Below, piece after piece: positions 25,823-40,468 of a stretch of DNA of 64,000 nucleotides (position 1 is the stretch's first letter; each line of letters starts with the position of its first letter). The stretch spans positions 184,140,001 to 184,204,000 of the forward strand of contig OX597815.1 in assembly GCA_951406725.2 (NCBI GenBank), in the 5' to 3' direction. The position numbers were made by a program, and so were the translations under genes. The notes beneath the pieces are model-generated. The model was not told the origin of the DNA. It made no database searches and was given only the letters and a program-made list of their open reading frames with translations. This DNA is from Octopus vulgaris. Its lineage: Eukaryota.

Positions 25823-26089
25823 GCTTCAGCAAAGTTATAAGGTTTCTACGGACACCTGTCATAATCATAACCAATATGTTTTGCCAATGACATTATTTTA
25901 CAAGATTTGTTTAATGAACGTGAAATTATAACTGTGCCATAGCAGGCAAATAATTAGCAAACAAAATTACATTGCCTTGTTTTGTCTGTCGGCATATGAT
26001 ATATTATTTAAACTTACTGATCTTCCTGTCAATAGTTTATTTACGATTTTTCCTGTAGTAGATTTCATTGACGTTATTTGTACCGTTAA

Positions 26090-26885
26090 AGGCGTTGGAT
26101 GAAATGCGTAGCGTATTTCGTCTGCCGTTTCGTTCTGAGTTTAAATTCCGCCCATGTCGACTTTGCCTTTTGTCCTAAAGGACAAAATGTAGAGATGCCC
26201 TTGGGAGTATAACTTCAAAGCATAAACAGCTGTAACTAAATACAAAGTAACATTTCATCCGATGTCCTAAAGAGTCACTCGATACAAGTGACTAATCTGT
26301 TTCAGATAAATTCCCACCTGGGTCCATAGATAATGAACAGACACCTCTGACCTGTTAGTGCTACCGAAGAACACAGCTTGTTCGCTATAAATTAAATAAG
26401 TACCAGTTACACACTGGGGTCGATATAATCGACTTAATCCATTTGTCTGTCCTTGTTTGTCCCCTTGTGGGTAGTAAAGAAATAGGTATTTCGCCTGTCG
26501 CTACGTTCTGAGTTCAAATTCCGCCGAAGTCGACTTTGCCTGTCATTCTTTCGAGGTCGATTAAATAAGTACCAGTTACGCACTTGGGTCGATGTAATCG
26601 ACTTACTACCTCCCCAAAATTTCAGTCCTCGTGCCTATAGTAAAAAGAATTATCGGTCACCGTTAAAGATGGCGAGCTGGCAGAATCGTTAGCATGCTGG
26701 GCAAAATGCTTATCGATACTTCGCCCGTCCTTACGTTCTGAGTTCAAATTCCGTCGAGGTCATCTTTGCCTTTTATCTTTTCAGGGTTGATAAATTAAGT
26801 ACCAGTCTAATACTGGTGTCGATGTGATCGACCATTCCCCTCCCCAGAAATGTCTAGCCCTGTGCTTATAGTACACAGGATTATT
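26090..26885 (+). mobile_element. SINE family B tandem cluster interrupted by a 220-bp templated insert
   Basis: Repeated family B bodies; the insert at 26174-26393 is the reverse complement of 22351-22570. Confidence 0.85.
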
Positions 26886-27524
26886 TGTCATCTTTAATTT
26901 TGAAACATTTTAAAATCTATAGTTCTCTTCCTCTCTCGCTCTTTAGTTCTCTATATCGTAATTTTGCAGAAACAACTTCTGTCAAAGTTATAGCCTTTGC
27001 TCTTTTCCTAAATTGAGACCTTCTTCTCATTGTTTACTTCTCACTGTTTCTGTTTTCTTTTCTCTCAACAATTCCTGTTCTACAATGGTCATTATATATA
27101 TAGGTATACAGACATCGATCCCAAATAGAAACACATACACACATGCAATACACTACACAGTCACAGCGGAAATTAGAAACAACGGAAGAGATAATTTTAT
27201 TAATAGACAAACAAGTCTACGCTGAACCAAAAAGAGGCACTCAACTTCCTAGGAATATCACCGATATCTCCTTCGAGTCATATAATGACATCACAAGAAA
27301 TGAATGACACATTGGTTATTCATTGTCGTAAATAAGCAATGGTGCTTTCCGCTACAAAATCATACGCGCTGATAAAAGATGGAATGAAATTGAACCCAGG
27401 TCTACTTGATCAGAGATCAGTAGAGACTAAGCAACAATGCACCACCAGCAATCAATATAATAACAGGAAACGTGTTACAAAAGCATAATTTCCTTTTCAT
27501 AGCATAATAGCATTAAAAAGACTG

Positions 27525-28075
27525 TCATTCCGTCGGTTGCGACGAAGCGTCTCCCTGTAGATCTGATCGATGGAACTACCTGCTCATGAAATTAAAGTAT
27601 AAGTGGCTGAGCACACCATAGACACGCGTACCTATTTCTTTATTACCCACAAGTGGCTAAACACAGAGGAGACAAACAAGGACAGACAAAGGGGTTAAGT
27701 CAATTACATCGACCCCAGTGCGTAACTGGTACTTAATTTATCGACCCCGAAATGATGAAAGTCAAAGTCGACCTCAGCAGAATTTGAACTCAGAACGTAA
27801 CGGCAGACGAAATACTGCTAAGCATTTCGCCCGGCGTGCTAACGTTTCTAGCCAGCTCGCCGTCTTTAACGTAGTTGTCAGGGAGATTCAGCGTGATACT
27901 CAATGAGATAAAGCTGGTCCTTTAAAATATAGTTTGAACATATTTTTGCTAACTGAGTGGATTGGAGCAAAAATAAATAAAGAGTCTCGCTCGAGAACAC
28001 AATGCACCGCCGGAAATCGGACTGACAACTTTATTAATGTGAGCCGAATACTCTAACCATTAATCCACATGCCTT
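27525..28075 (-). mobile_element. SINE family C with a nested SINE family B (27634-27865)
   Basis: Family C sequence resumes after the family B copy. Confidence 0.75.
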
Positions 28076-30494
28076 CCCAACACAATTGTATAATTCAGCA
28101 TCGCAACGGCATGGTGTTTTGCGAAAGGTTATTACGTACATAAAGACCATCTAACTAGACATCCGTCAGTCTTGTTTAAAATGCTATTTTACCGAGACGT
28201 ATCTGGGTTTACATATTTTGTCCTTACTTTAAAAAGTTCGACCATCCTCGAAACGTCTGCTTATGCAAGTATTCTAATAGCTAAACTTCTTCTTGTAGCT
28301 TATGCTTATAATGACTTCACTTATAAAAATTTGGGGGTCAGAATAATCCGAAACGTTAAACATGGGCAGCGGTCTGATTGCATCCCATGTACATATATAC
28401 ACAGACAAGCATACATACATATATACATACACATATACATATATCGCCGAATAGCCCACTTTGAATGGTGTGTGTATGCGTCACTAAATTATTTCCGATA
28501 TAAAATTAACGAGTGATGTAACCTAAAAGGAGACTCAAAAATGCTGTTTATTTTTTGCCAACGGAGATAATTTTTGCCAAAGTTACCACATTTGGAATTA
28601 CAACGCCATTCTATATATAAAGAAATGTATCTTTAAATGATTTCCCTTGGCAATAAATGTCTGGCGTAAGTCTTATCCCTCACAGTATAGTAATTCAGTG
28701 TGTTAAATTTCAATTGGCAATAAAGATTTGCGAGCTTATTTTTTTTACGTATTTGCCCACCTGAGAAATCCCTACAGTTTTAGCGACGTTTCAGCACATT
28801 TGTTTTAAAGATACGAAACGGTAGTTTAAAAACTCACGTCTGGCTCTACTCTATTTCGTTTCTATTTTAGTAAAATATAAATATAAGAACCGTAATCCTC
28901 TAATGACTTGTGCCTGGGGCGTTTTGCTGATGTAAAATGGTATGTGCATATGTTCCCTAGTAAAATAGCACAATTGCCATAGAAAATATAATGATTATGT
29001 ATGTATTTATTTTAAGATATGCCTTTACGTTTTCTTCGTTTCACATACTAATATGTTATAGGTATGAAATTGGAATATGTTTAACTGCGCTATACTTTGC
29101 AGAAACAGTCTAATGAAAATCGATATCCATAGATTAAGAAATAAACGAATAGGATCCAATTTTATGAATTGCAGCGCAGATGCCAAAAATATTAAATTAA
29201 ATTTTCTTCGTTTTATTCTGAAGTGTAAAAAGGATGTTTGCTTCAGTAATTTCAAATTTTTCTCTTTCTGCCTGACCTTATTGCTGTACAATGCACTTTA
29301 ACTTGGACATCACTTTCTAGATGCTTCCATTATAATTCCACTCACATCAAAGATGTCTTATAGTGATATTATTATATATCAACACAGAACATGACTCAGA
29401 CGGCAGTTCACTTAGATATGAATACGTGAAGATAATCATACAGCGTAGAATTGAAACTCTGTAAAGATGTGTATCTAAATACTGTAAATAGTTCGTGCTG
29501 CGCTTTAAGAATGCCATTGGTTCTAGACCCATTTCATCTGTCGATGAATTTTAAAACAAATTTTTAAAGTTGTTTGTTTCTTTTTTTTTTTTTTTTGAAT
29601 TCATCGAAATTTCCTTTGTATTTCCTTAGCGATTGCTGGCATATGCATGCTGTTACTCGTAGTTTGATGTATTTATCATAGAAATTATTACTACAGGAGC
29701 GAATAAGGCGGCGAGCGGGAAGAATTTTTAGTGTGCACGACAGAATGATTGGCGATATTTTTCGTGGCTCTTTCCATTACGAGATCAACATTTCATCTTT
29801 TCAGGGTGAAGTGGGGGTCGGTAAAGTACAGTATTAATCAAGAGCCGGGATCAAAATAATGAACTAACGTCCTCCCATCAAAACTGAGATCTTTTTACCA
29901 AAATCAAGAACAAATGTTTATGGGAGTAAGAAAATCTCAAAAAAAAACCCTTTAAAGTTTATACAATTTAACCAAGTAAACTCAGCCAGGAATTTACTCA
30001 AAACTCACTATAAAATCAAACTGATATTTTCTTAATTTACCTTTTAAATTTTATTAGGTTTCTGCTTAAAAAGCAATGCTGTATCATTCACATTTATAAA
30101 TCGTTTATCTTTTTTAACACATTATTAGCGAATTCTTTTTACTGCGTGTGATATATTCCTGCTTGCTACATTGTCACGCTTTCCGACAATTCTAAATTTA
30201 AGTGGTTCATTTCAGTATTTAGACTGTCGTAGCATCTAGAAAATGCATCGTTGGTCTATGGTTTACCGTAACGTAGCATTTCCTTGTAAGTGTGCACAAT
30301 TTCACCCAGTCTATAAGGAAGAACACTGATCTAAATATGTACAATTCTTGAACAGGAAACTGTGGAGGTCTGGAAACGTCTGATATCGATTTAGGAAACC
30401 AATTGTCCAGAACTAACTATAAAATATCTAAAAATATCAAAAGGAAAAATCTAATATAAAAAGATAAAACTTGAACATAGTTGCATACATTCAA

Positions 30495-31360
<866 letters not shown>

Positions 31361-31372
31361 AAAAAAAAGGGG

Positions 31373-31737
31373 TAAAGACCGCCTTCGGTCATGAATGACC
31401 ATGGGATTGCACCTAGAAAGTTACCCTCCTAGACACAAGTCCGGGCAAGGTTGTTTATGGAAGACCAGCAGTCGCCCATGCATACCGGCCTCCCCTCTCC
31501 ACGCCACCAGTGAAAGACAAAGGCCTCCCCTCTCCACGCCACCAAGGGAAAGACAAAGGTCGATACTGCTTGGCACCAGTGACGTCGCAACTCATTTCTA
31601 CAGCTGAGTGAACTGGAGCAACGTGAAATAAAGTGCCTTGCTCAAGAACACAACACGCAGCCCGGTCCGGGATTCGAGCTCACAACCTCACGATCGTAAG
31701 CTCGACGCTCTAACCACTGAGCCATGCGCCATGCGCC
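31373..31737 (-). mobile_element. tRNA-headed SINE, family D
   Basis: Minus strand ggcgcatggctcagtggttagagcg...agctcgaatccc (A/B boxes), then ttgagcaaggcactttatttcac...cactcagctgtagaaatg, a central domain shared with family C. Confidence 0.8.
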
Positions 31738-31779
31738 TATATATATATATATACATGCATATATATATATATATATACA

Positions 31780-31814
<35 letters not shown>

Positions 31815-31903
31815 GCATATATATATATATATATATATACATGCATATATATATATGTTTAGTTAGTTAGTTAGTTAATTTGGCTCATATATATATATAT
31901 TAA

Positions 31904-32134
31904 GGTGGCGAGCTGGCAGAAACGTTAGCACGCCGGGCGAAATGCGTAGCCGTATTTTGTCTGCCGTTACGTTCTGAGTTCAAATTCCGTCGAGGTCGAC
32001 TTTGCCTTTCATCCTTTCGGGGTCGATAAATAAAGTACCAGTTACGCACTGGGGCCGATGTAATCGACTTAATCACTTTGTCTGTCCTTGTTTGTCCCGT
32101 CTATGTCTAGCCCCTTGTGGGCAATAAAGAAATA
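31904..32134 (+). mobile_element. SINE family B
   Basis: Full monomer. Confidence 0.9.
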
Positions 32135-32750
32135 TATATATATATATAAATGCATTTACATATACACACATATATAGACACACGTATATGTATACTTAAA
32201 TACCTATTTATACATATATAGATACACGTATATATATGCATATATAATATGTATGAATTTATGAAATACATTTGTGTATTCTTTCGAGGCATACATTCAT
32301 AAATAAAAACAAGGAAATCAGTTTGTATCACATACTGCGATATAATAGTCTTTTCAATGAAGAACGAGAATTTCAAAATGAGAGCTAAGACAGCTGTTTT
32401 AGCTTCTGACGTAATTGCTCCACACACTCGTCTGTGAAAAAGAAATGATGTCCTAATCGCAGACGAAAATTCACTTGATGAATTTTTCTTAGACCTGTTT
32501 GCATATGTTTGAGGACCAAATCTAGCAGGCGTAGACAATAACTACTCCACATAACTTTCAGATATTGACATTTTGTGTCGTGTGTTGCAAATTAGCTTCC
32601 GTCTGCGAGTTCAGTCATCCGGAACATAAAACATGTTTACATCACAATGTCTCGATTGTTTCTTTAACACATTTAATAACTGTCGGTAAGATTCCGATAA
32701 AAGAATATGTGTGTATGGATTTTATATAAATTATGAAGGGTGGAGGAGTG

Positions 32751-32911
32751 GAGGAGTGGCTGTGTGGTAAGTAGCTTGCTAACCAACCACATGGTTCCGG
32801 GTTCAGTCCCACTGCGTGGCATCTTGGGCAAGTGCCTTCTGCTATAGCCCCGGACCGACCAATGCCTTGTGAGTGGATTTGGTAGAGGGAAACTGAAAGA
32901 AGCCTGTCGTA

Positions 32912-32960
<49 letters not shown>

Positions 32961-33170
32961 TTGTGTGTCTGTGTTTGTTCCCCTAGCATTGCTTGACAAC
33001 CGATGCTGGTGTGTTTACGTCCCCGTCACTTAGCGGTTCGGCAAAAGAGACCGATAGAATAAGTACTGGGCTTACAAAAGAATAAGTCCCGGGATCGAGT
33101 TGCTCGACTAAAGGCGGTGCTCCAGCATGGCCGCAGTCAAATGACTGAAACAAGTAAAAAAGAGTAAAAA
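32751..33170 (+). mobile_element. SINE family A, young copy
   Basis: Nearly identical to 39186-39606. Confidence 0.9.
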
Positions 33171-33319
33171 AAACGGAAAAGAGAAAGGTGGTAATATGGT
33201 AGACAAATACAAAGGTGAAATAATCAAATATTTGCAACCAATAACCTTACTGAAATCTGATTGCTCAGCGTTTGGTAATGCTTCTGCAAACGATATTACC
33301 AGCGTTCGGACGATCATTA

Positions 33320-33782
<463 letters not shown>

Positions 33783-34149
33783 GGAGAGCCTTGTTACTTT
33801 CATTAAATTTCACGAAAAACAAACTGAAGAAAACTAATATATATTTAATCCTTTCAGTTAAACACATAAATCATTTCAGATGTTGAACAGTTATGATGAA
33901 ATTTTACTTTCGGAGGCACAAGCCTAGCTGAAGGCACAAGATACAACGATAAAACTGGTTCAACAATAGTTTAAGAAACACGGTCCCTTAAACGAACTTG
34001 ATGTTAATGGCTATATGATCCCAAGTTATTGTAATGTTAGCTGTCACGCTTAAATCGAAAATAACAGGATTAATAATAGAATATTCTTACTAAAATTTTC
34101 AAATGACAAAAATACGGATACATAGGATATATATATATATATATATATA

Positions 34150-34345
34150 TTGGTAAAAACGGTAAGATAACAAAAGAAAGAAAGATACCTCAATATTATG
34201 TAAATAGAGGAATTTATCTGTAAATATAATATGTGACAATTATTCGGTAGCCAAGATAAAACTCTGAGTTTCGGATGCCGAGGTGGAAATCCACAGGACC
34301 ATCTCGTCCGTTATCCGGCAATCGGAAAAACGCTATGAAAAAAGA
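34150..34345 (-). mobile_element. PLE-like terminus with a hammerhead-like motif (34255-34315)
   Basis: Minus strand gataa CGGACGA gatg...catcc GAAAC tcaga GTT ttatc; same family as 10095-10345. Confidence 0.6.
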
Positions 34346-34663
34346 CCGTTATACAAAGGGTAATCTATATATATATATATCTACTGAATAGGATTTAAGA
34401 CACTGTCGGCAGATCTCTCGACAATCAGTTCTACTAGTATGTTCTGTATGTATGTGATAACATTTCAGAGAAAAGCATGATACTGAATTGTCGAAACTGG
34501 CTGTTAAGCCAGATAAAGAAACAACTACTTTTGTAAAATGTTTCCCGTTTGTCAAATTCGGTGGTGGTCGAGGTGGTGTTGATAAGTCACAAGGGTCGAG
34601 AAAATTTGTGACTAATATCATTCTATCTATATCCATTGCATTATACTTGTAGGTATGTGTTTC

Positions 34664-34832
34664 CGCAGGAGTGGTAGTGTGGAAAGTAGCTTGTTTACCA
34701 ACCACATGGTTCCGGGTCCAGTCCCACTGCATGACACCTTGGACACGTGTCTTCTACTACAGCCTTGGGCCGACCAAAGCCTTGCGAGTGGATTTGGTAG
34801 ACGGAAACTGAAAGAATCCCGTCGTATATATG

Positions 34833-34863
<31 letters not shown>

Positions 34864-34910
34864 ATATGTCTCTGTATCTGTGTTTGTCCCCCCCAAAAAA
34901 AATATCGCTC
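34664..34910 (+). mobile_element. SINE family A, 5' half
   Basis: Head plus internal microsatellite. Confidence 0.8.
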
Positions 34911-35056
34911 ATTATGGCTCATAAGGGCCGGTTTCCCGGTTTCCTTGGCGTATAGGGCCCCCACTTGGACGGGACGCAGGTGAGCTGCAAGATGCAGGAG
35001 GAAAGAGTCAGCAGAAGTTCGCCATTACCTTCTGTCGGAGATGCGTGTGGAGCTTA

Positions 35057-35345
35057 ATAATATTAATTAGAGACAAAACCACTATTATGCAAATCAAACA
35101 AAGAAAGACTTAATCCAATACATAAAAAAATTTATATAAATAAAATAAAATAAAATAAAATAAAATTTTATTTTATTTAATTTATATAAATTTTTTTATG
35201 TATTGGATTAAGTCTTTCTTTGTTTGATTTGCATAATAGTGGTTTTGTCTCTAATTAATATTATATAATATTTTACTATAAAATTGGATTCAGTCCTAAA
35301 TCTAATTTTTCCCTGTAAATTTGGATTTATTCCCTAATATTTATT
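35057..35345. repeat. Near-perfect ~208-bp palindrome (35057-35264) of the 7831-8020 repeat family
   Basis: attagagacaaaaccactattatgcaaatcaaacaaag... mirrors ...ctttgtttgatttgcataatagtggttttgtctctaat, with a (TAAAA)n centre. Confidence 0.9.
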
Positions 35346-35480
35346 ATATATATATATATATATATAACTTAATCTATAACAATATCCCTCCCTTTCCATA
35401 TGTGTGTGCGTTTGTGTATATCTGTGTATGTGTGTTACTTTCGTTACATTCATTCAAAACATTTTGTCTAGACGTATATA

Positions 35481-35903
35481 CTCTTTACTCTTTTTTACTC
35501 TTTTTCTTGTTTCAGTCATTTGACTGCGGCCATGCTGGAGCACCGCCTTTAGTCGAGCAAATCGACCCCGGGACTTATTCTTTTGTAAGCCCAGTACTTA
35601 TTCTATCGGTCTCTTTTGCCGAACCGCTAAGTGACGGGGACGTAAACACACCAGCATCGGTTGTCAAACAATGCTAGGGGGACAAACACAGACACACAAA
35701 CACGCACATATATATACATATATACATATATACATATATACGACGGGCTTCTTTCAGTTTCCGTCTACCAAATCCACTCACAAGGCTTTGGTTGGCCCGA
35801 GGTTATAGTAGAAGACACTTGCCCAAGATGCCACGCAGTGGGACTTAACCCGGAACCATGTGGTTGGTAAGCAAGCTACTTACCACACAGCCACTCCTGC
35901 GCC
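35481..35903 (-). mobile_element. SINE family A, full length
   Basis: Reverse complement of the family A sequence. Confidence 0.9.
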
Positions 35904-36436
35904 TATATGTGTGTGTAATTGTGTGTGTAGGGGGGTGTTTGTGTGTGTTTGTGTAATATACATATCAGCCGGAGTCACAGTCGTAGCATTCGTCAAATTT
36001 TAAACCTGGTACTAGGGAAAAAAAGGTGAAATATATAAAAACAAATAATAGTCTGCTATAATACACATTAAATTAGTTGTAAGCACCCCACATGTAGTAA
36101 TGTCTAAAACAGTCTGTTTTTGTGCGTGTGTTGGAAAGCTTTCGCATTGCTAATACAACAAAGATAGTAATGGAATTTTTATTATTTTCTATCAGATACC
36201 TGTTGGAAGATATACATAACTGACAGCCGCATATACCCAAACAGAGAATAACAAAAGTATATTTTTTTGAAAACTGTTTTATTTTGAACAAGTAAAAAAA
36301 AAAAACAAAAAAAAACATTCGGCATTGTGCTATTCCTATGAATCTATTTTTGTACCATTATCTATGGACATATGTATCATTCGACCAGTACGCTTTTCAG
36401 TTTTATTTACGGTGGCGTTTTCGGTGAATGTGTCAT

Positions 36437-36437
36437 A

Positions 36438-36514
<77 letters not shown>

Positions 36515-36545
36515 GTCTATTTATCTGTCTGTCTGTCTATTTATC

Positions 36546-36600
<55 letters not shown>

Positions 36601-36741
36601 TTATCTGTCTGTCTGTCTATTTATCTGTCTATCTCTACCTTGTAATTTGTTCTATCTGTGTGCAGCCCTGTGTGGCTAATAAAGAAACATATCTATCTGT
36701 CTATTTATCTGTCTGTTTGTCTATTTATCTGTCTATCTATA

Positions 36742-36782
<41 letters not shown>

Positions 36783-36905
36783 GTTTATCTATCTATTTAT
36801 CTGTCTATCTATCTGTTTATCTATCTATTTATCTGTCTATCTATCTATTTATCTGTCTATCGGTCTATATATGTATATCTATCTATCTGTCTATCTATCT
36901 GTTTA

Positions 36906-36990
<85 letters not shown>

Positions 36991-37005
36991 ATGTCTATCT
37001 ATCTA
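36437..37005. repeat. (TCTA)n/(TCTG)n microsatellite
   Basis: Seen directly. Confidence 0.95.
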
Positions 37006-37239
37006 CAACTGAGTAGACAAACGAAAAAAGGAGACATTTTATACGTTTAGTAGTATATATTTCATTTGAAACCGCATCATTCGGCGTCATGTAACATAAT
37101 GTTTCGTAGACTCATCAGAGGAACCTAACTTGTACATATATAGACACATACAAATATACATGCATACCCACAGACATATATGCACACATACACACACACA
37201 TATACACACAAACACATCTGCACACAAATGCACATGTAT

Positions 37240-37438
37240 CGTTTTCAAATTTTGGCAAAAGGCCGGTAGTTTTGGGAGAAGATGTTCAGTGAATTACATC
37301 GACCCTAGTGTTCAACTGGTACTTATTCTATCGAATCCTAAAATATGAACAACAAAGTCAACCTCGGTGGAATCTCAGAACTTAAATACGAACGAAATGC
37401 CGCTAAAAAATTTTCACGGCGTACTGAAGATTCGCCTT
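37240..37438 (-). mobile_element. SINE family B (old)
   Basis: Degenerate match to family B. Confidence 0.6.
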
Positions 37439-37481
37439 AGACACGCGCAACCCACCATATATATATATATATATATATATT

Positions 37482-38059
37482 TCTTTTTTGCTTGTTTCAG
37501 CTCAGAGCTGTGGCCATGCTGATGCACCGCCGTTTTGTGCTACACTGTTATTACGAAGAATCTCCTCTAATATGTGGCACTTTGTGAAGAATGGACTTTG
37601 ACATAGCTATTCTCATTTGCACCTCTTGCCGTGAGGTAGGTTCATCTGGGACTCTCGACAGGAAGATGTCCAGCTTTGATTTAAAAACTGCTACATCTAC
37701 TTTGTGCAAGTTCCCCAGACTCTTTGGGAGAATATTAAAGAGCTGTGGGCCCTTGAAACCCAGGCTGTTGCAGAAGCTGGTCCTAAAGCGTGATGGCATT
37801 GCTGGGATCTTTGGCACTATACACTGTCGTCCCGTTCTAGCATTGGTGTAGCTTACAATGCCAACATTTGGCACACTTCCTTCCAGGATATTCCAGACAT
37901 ATATTACTGCATACCTCTCCCGTCTTCTCTCTAGGGAGTAGAGTCTTAGCTGTTTCAACCTTTCCCAGTAGCTGAGCTGTTGCAAAGAGACGATCTTCTT
38001 TGTGAATCTTCTCTGGATTGCTTCAAGGTCTACTGTTAATTTTACACTGGTGGGTGACC
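37482..38059 (-). mobile_element. CR1/L2-group LINE 3' end, ORF C-terminus still open
   Basis: LSYWERLKQLRLYSLERRRERYAVIYVWNILEG...[15 protein letters not shown]...FKSKLDIFL. The 3' tail ggcggtgcatcagcatggccacagc...ctgaaacaag is shared with SINE A. Confidence 0.85.
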
Positions 38060-38085
38060 ATATATATATATATATATATATATAC

Positions 38086-38355
38086 GCGAGAAAAGAAGCA
38101 ACAAGAATGGATAGGTTTTTTTTAGTACAATCGTTTCATACAAGGACAGGCTTTATTAAAAGTTGCAAAAATTACAGCATATAAACGTGTCCCGTACTCA
38201 TCAGCTAAAATACATCAGCTAAAATGTATTTTAGCTGATGAGTACGGGACACGTTTATATGCTGTAATTTTTGCAACTTTTAATAAAGCCTGTCACTTGT
38301 ATGAAACGATTGTGCACTAAAAAACCTAAATCCATTCTTGTTGCTTCTTTCTCGC
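38086..38355. repeat. 270-bp fold-back palindrome with a hammerhead motif in each arm
   Basis: Arms mirror around an 8-nt spacer cagctaaa (38216-38223). Confidence 0.9.
38119..38210 (-). ncRNA. Type I hammerhead ribozyme with an intact core and long stem II
   Basis: ttttag CTGATGA gtacgggaca...tgtccttgtat GAAAC gatt GTA ctaaaa: stem I ttttag/ctaaaa, GUA cleavage triplet. The plus-arm copy (38229-38322) has a 2-nt insertion at the cleavage site. Confidence 0.7.
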
Positions 38356-38470
38356 TTATAATCACCCCACATTACTGTATTGCTAAAACAGTATAGTTTT
38401 TTTGGTGCATCTAAGTTAGGTACCATATTCAAGTAAATTCATTTAAATTAACTTGAATCTTTATTGCTTT

Positions 38471-38512
<42 letters not shown>

Positions 38513-39185
38513 GTATGTATATATATATATATAAATGTATGTATATATAAATTTATGTACACGCACAGGTATATATGCTAATAACATATATGTATATATA
38601 TATATATATACGTATACGTGTTTATCTATATGTGTATTACATATGTAGCAATATATTCACTTGTATAATAAACGTATATGTGAGAGAGAGTGAATGAAAT
38701 TTTAGTATATAATTAACAATATCCTATTATGCATTCTCAGTTCTTCATATGATGCCTTTAGCATTGCAATTTTCTGAATTTTAGAATTTTGCGCAGTGAT
38801 TTAACCATTCATATATATATATATATACGTATTTCAAAATAGAAAATTACCCTTTAACAGGTTTGGGAGATAATATGGTCTTGCTAAATTATCTATTAAA
38901 AGATAGCAAACGATATTATTCTGCTAAAGTAATCCAAAACCATGGTATAGCCGTTATATAACAAGATAAATGTTTTTATTTTTCATTTACTTCGAAATTT
39001 GCTATAAAATCGTGTTTTTTTTAGCCGTGTTGGCTGCTATTTCTAGCATGTAAAATTACCTGTTAAAGGGTAATTTTCTATTTTGAAATACAAATATGTT
39101 GCCTATTGAATTTTTATACATGCTAGGCCTCTGGTGGTGATATTTATAATGAGTATTCGCTACCCTATATATATATATATATATA

Positions 39186-39350
39186 GGCGCAGGAGTGGCT
39201 GTGTGGTAAGTAGCTTGCTAACCAGCCACATGGTTCCGGGTTCAGTCCCACTGCGTGGCATCTTGGGCAAGTGTCTTCTGCTATAGCCCCGGGCCGACCA
39301 ATGCCTTGTGAGTGGAATTGGTAGACGGAAACTGAAAGAAGCCTGTCGTA

Positions 39351-39399
<49 letters not shown>

Positions 39400-39606
39400 T
39401 TGTGTATCTGTGTTTGTCCCCCTAGCATTGTTTGACAACCGATGCTGGTGTGTTTACGTCCCCGGCACTTAGCGGTTCGGCAAAAGAGACCGATAGAATA
39501 AGTACTGGGCTTACAAAGAATAAGTCCCGGGGTCGATTTGCTCGACAAAAGGCGGTGCTCCAGCATGGCCGCAGTCAAATGACTGAAACAAGTAAAAGAG
39601 TAAAGA
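39186..39606 (+). mobile_element. SINE family A, young full-length copy
   Basis: Head, internal (TA)/(TG) tract and LINE-like tail are all present. Confidence 0.9.
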
Positions 39607-39626
39607 GTATATATATATATATAACA

Positions 39627-40320
39627 TGAATGTAAACACTAATATAGCTTGGATGTTCTTATAATTAATAGACAATTACTTCCAACATTCACACAAATTC
39701 CACAAGCTATTCACAGAAACACTGTTTAACTATAGTTAACCCCTACCTAATATACTGTCAATAATATTGAACCACAATAAAAACTATAAAGCACCAGAAA
39801 CATTCTCAAAAGACAATACAACCTAAGATCTCCAAACCATTTCCCCTAAACAATAGCGCTCTCGACAAACAACTTTATACAAGGCCAAAATCACGGATTC
39901 CAAAGGGGTAGCAACGACGTATATATCGGAATGACGGGCAATTTTTTCAACGAAAAGGTATTCACAATATATGGCGACATTCAGAGACAAAAATAGAAAA
40001 CATGCAACACCCTATCGAAGAAGGTGGAATATGTAAACCCCCCCCCCCGATAAAATTGTTGGAGTCAGAAAATACAGATGTCGGGCTACCAAATGTGAAC
40101 ATATCTGAAAAACCAAATATATAGTCAAAAGATCATAAATATTAGGAATTAAATCTTCTTTCCCTGCATACACAAGCAATATTTCACACTTATACACTCC
40201 AAATAAGAACCACCACATGCGCTGCTAATTTCAAAGGGATAGTCCCTTTCCTGAATGCGAAATTTGAAGTTCCATGACACCTCAACTCCACACAAAGAAA
40301 TTCATCCCCATGACAAAATA
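39627..40320 (+). pseudogene. Penelope (Poseidon-type) linker plus GIY-YIG endonuclease remnant
   Basis: NVNTNIA..LIDNYFQHSHKFHKLF, LYKAKITD...YIGMTG and KRYSQYMATFRDKNRKHAT resemble the PLE motifs KLHKIFNRNT, IY...YIG.T and R...H. Confidence 0.8.
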
Positions 40321-40338
40321 CTTCCGCACACAAGCGTG

Positions 40339-40399
<61 letters not shown>

Positions 40400-40468
40400 A
40401 GGATGAAAAGGGACACACGAGTTGATATATATGAAAAAACAAGTCAAAATAGAAAATGTATTTAATAG

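Noticed and set aside
32107-32538. 143-aa ORF as a host exon
   Set aside because: It runs into microsatellite and SINE sequence, with no domain similarity or splice evidence.
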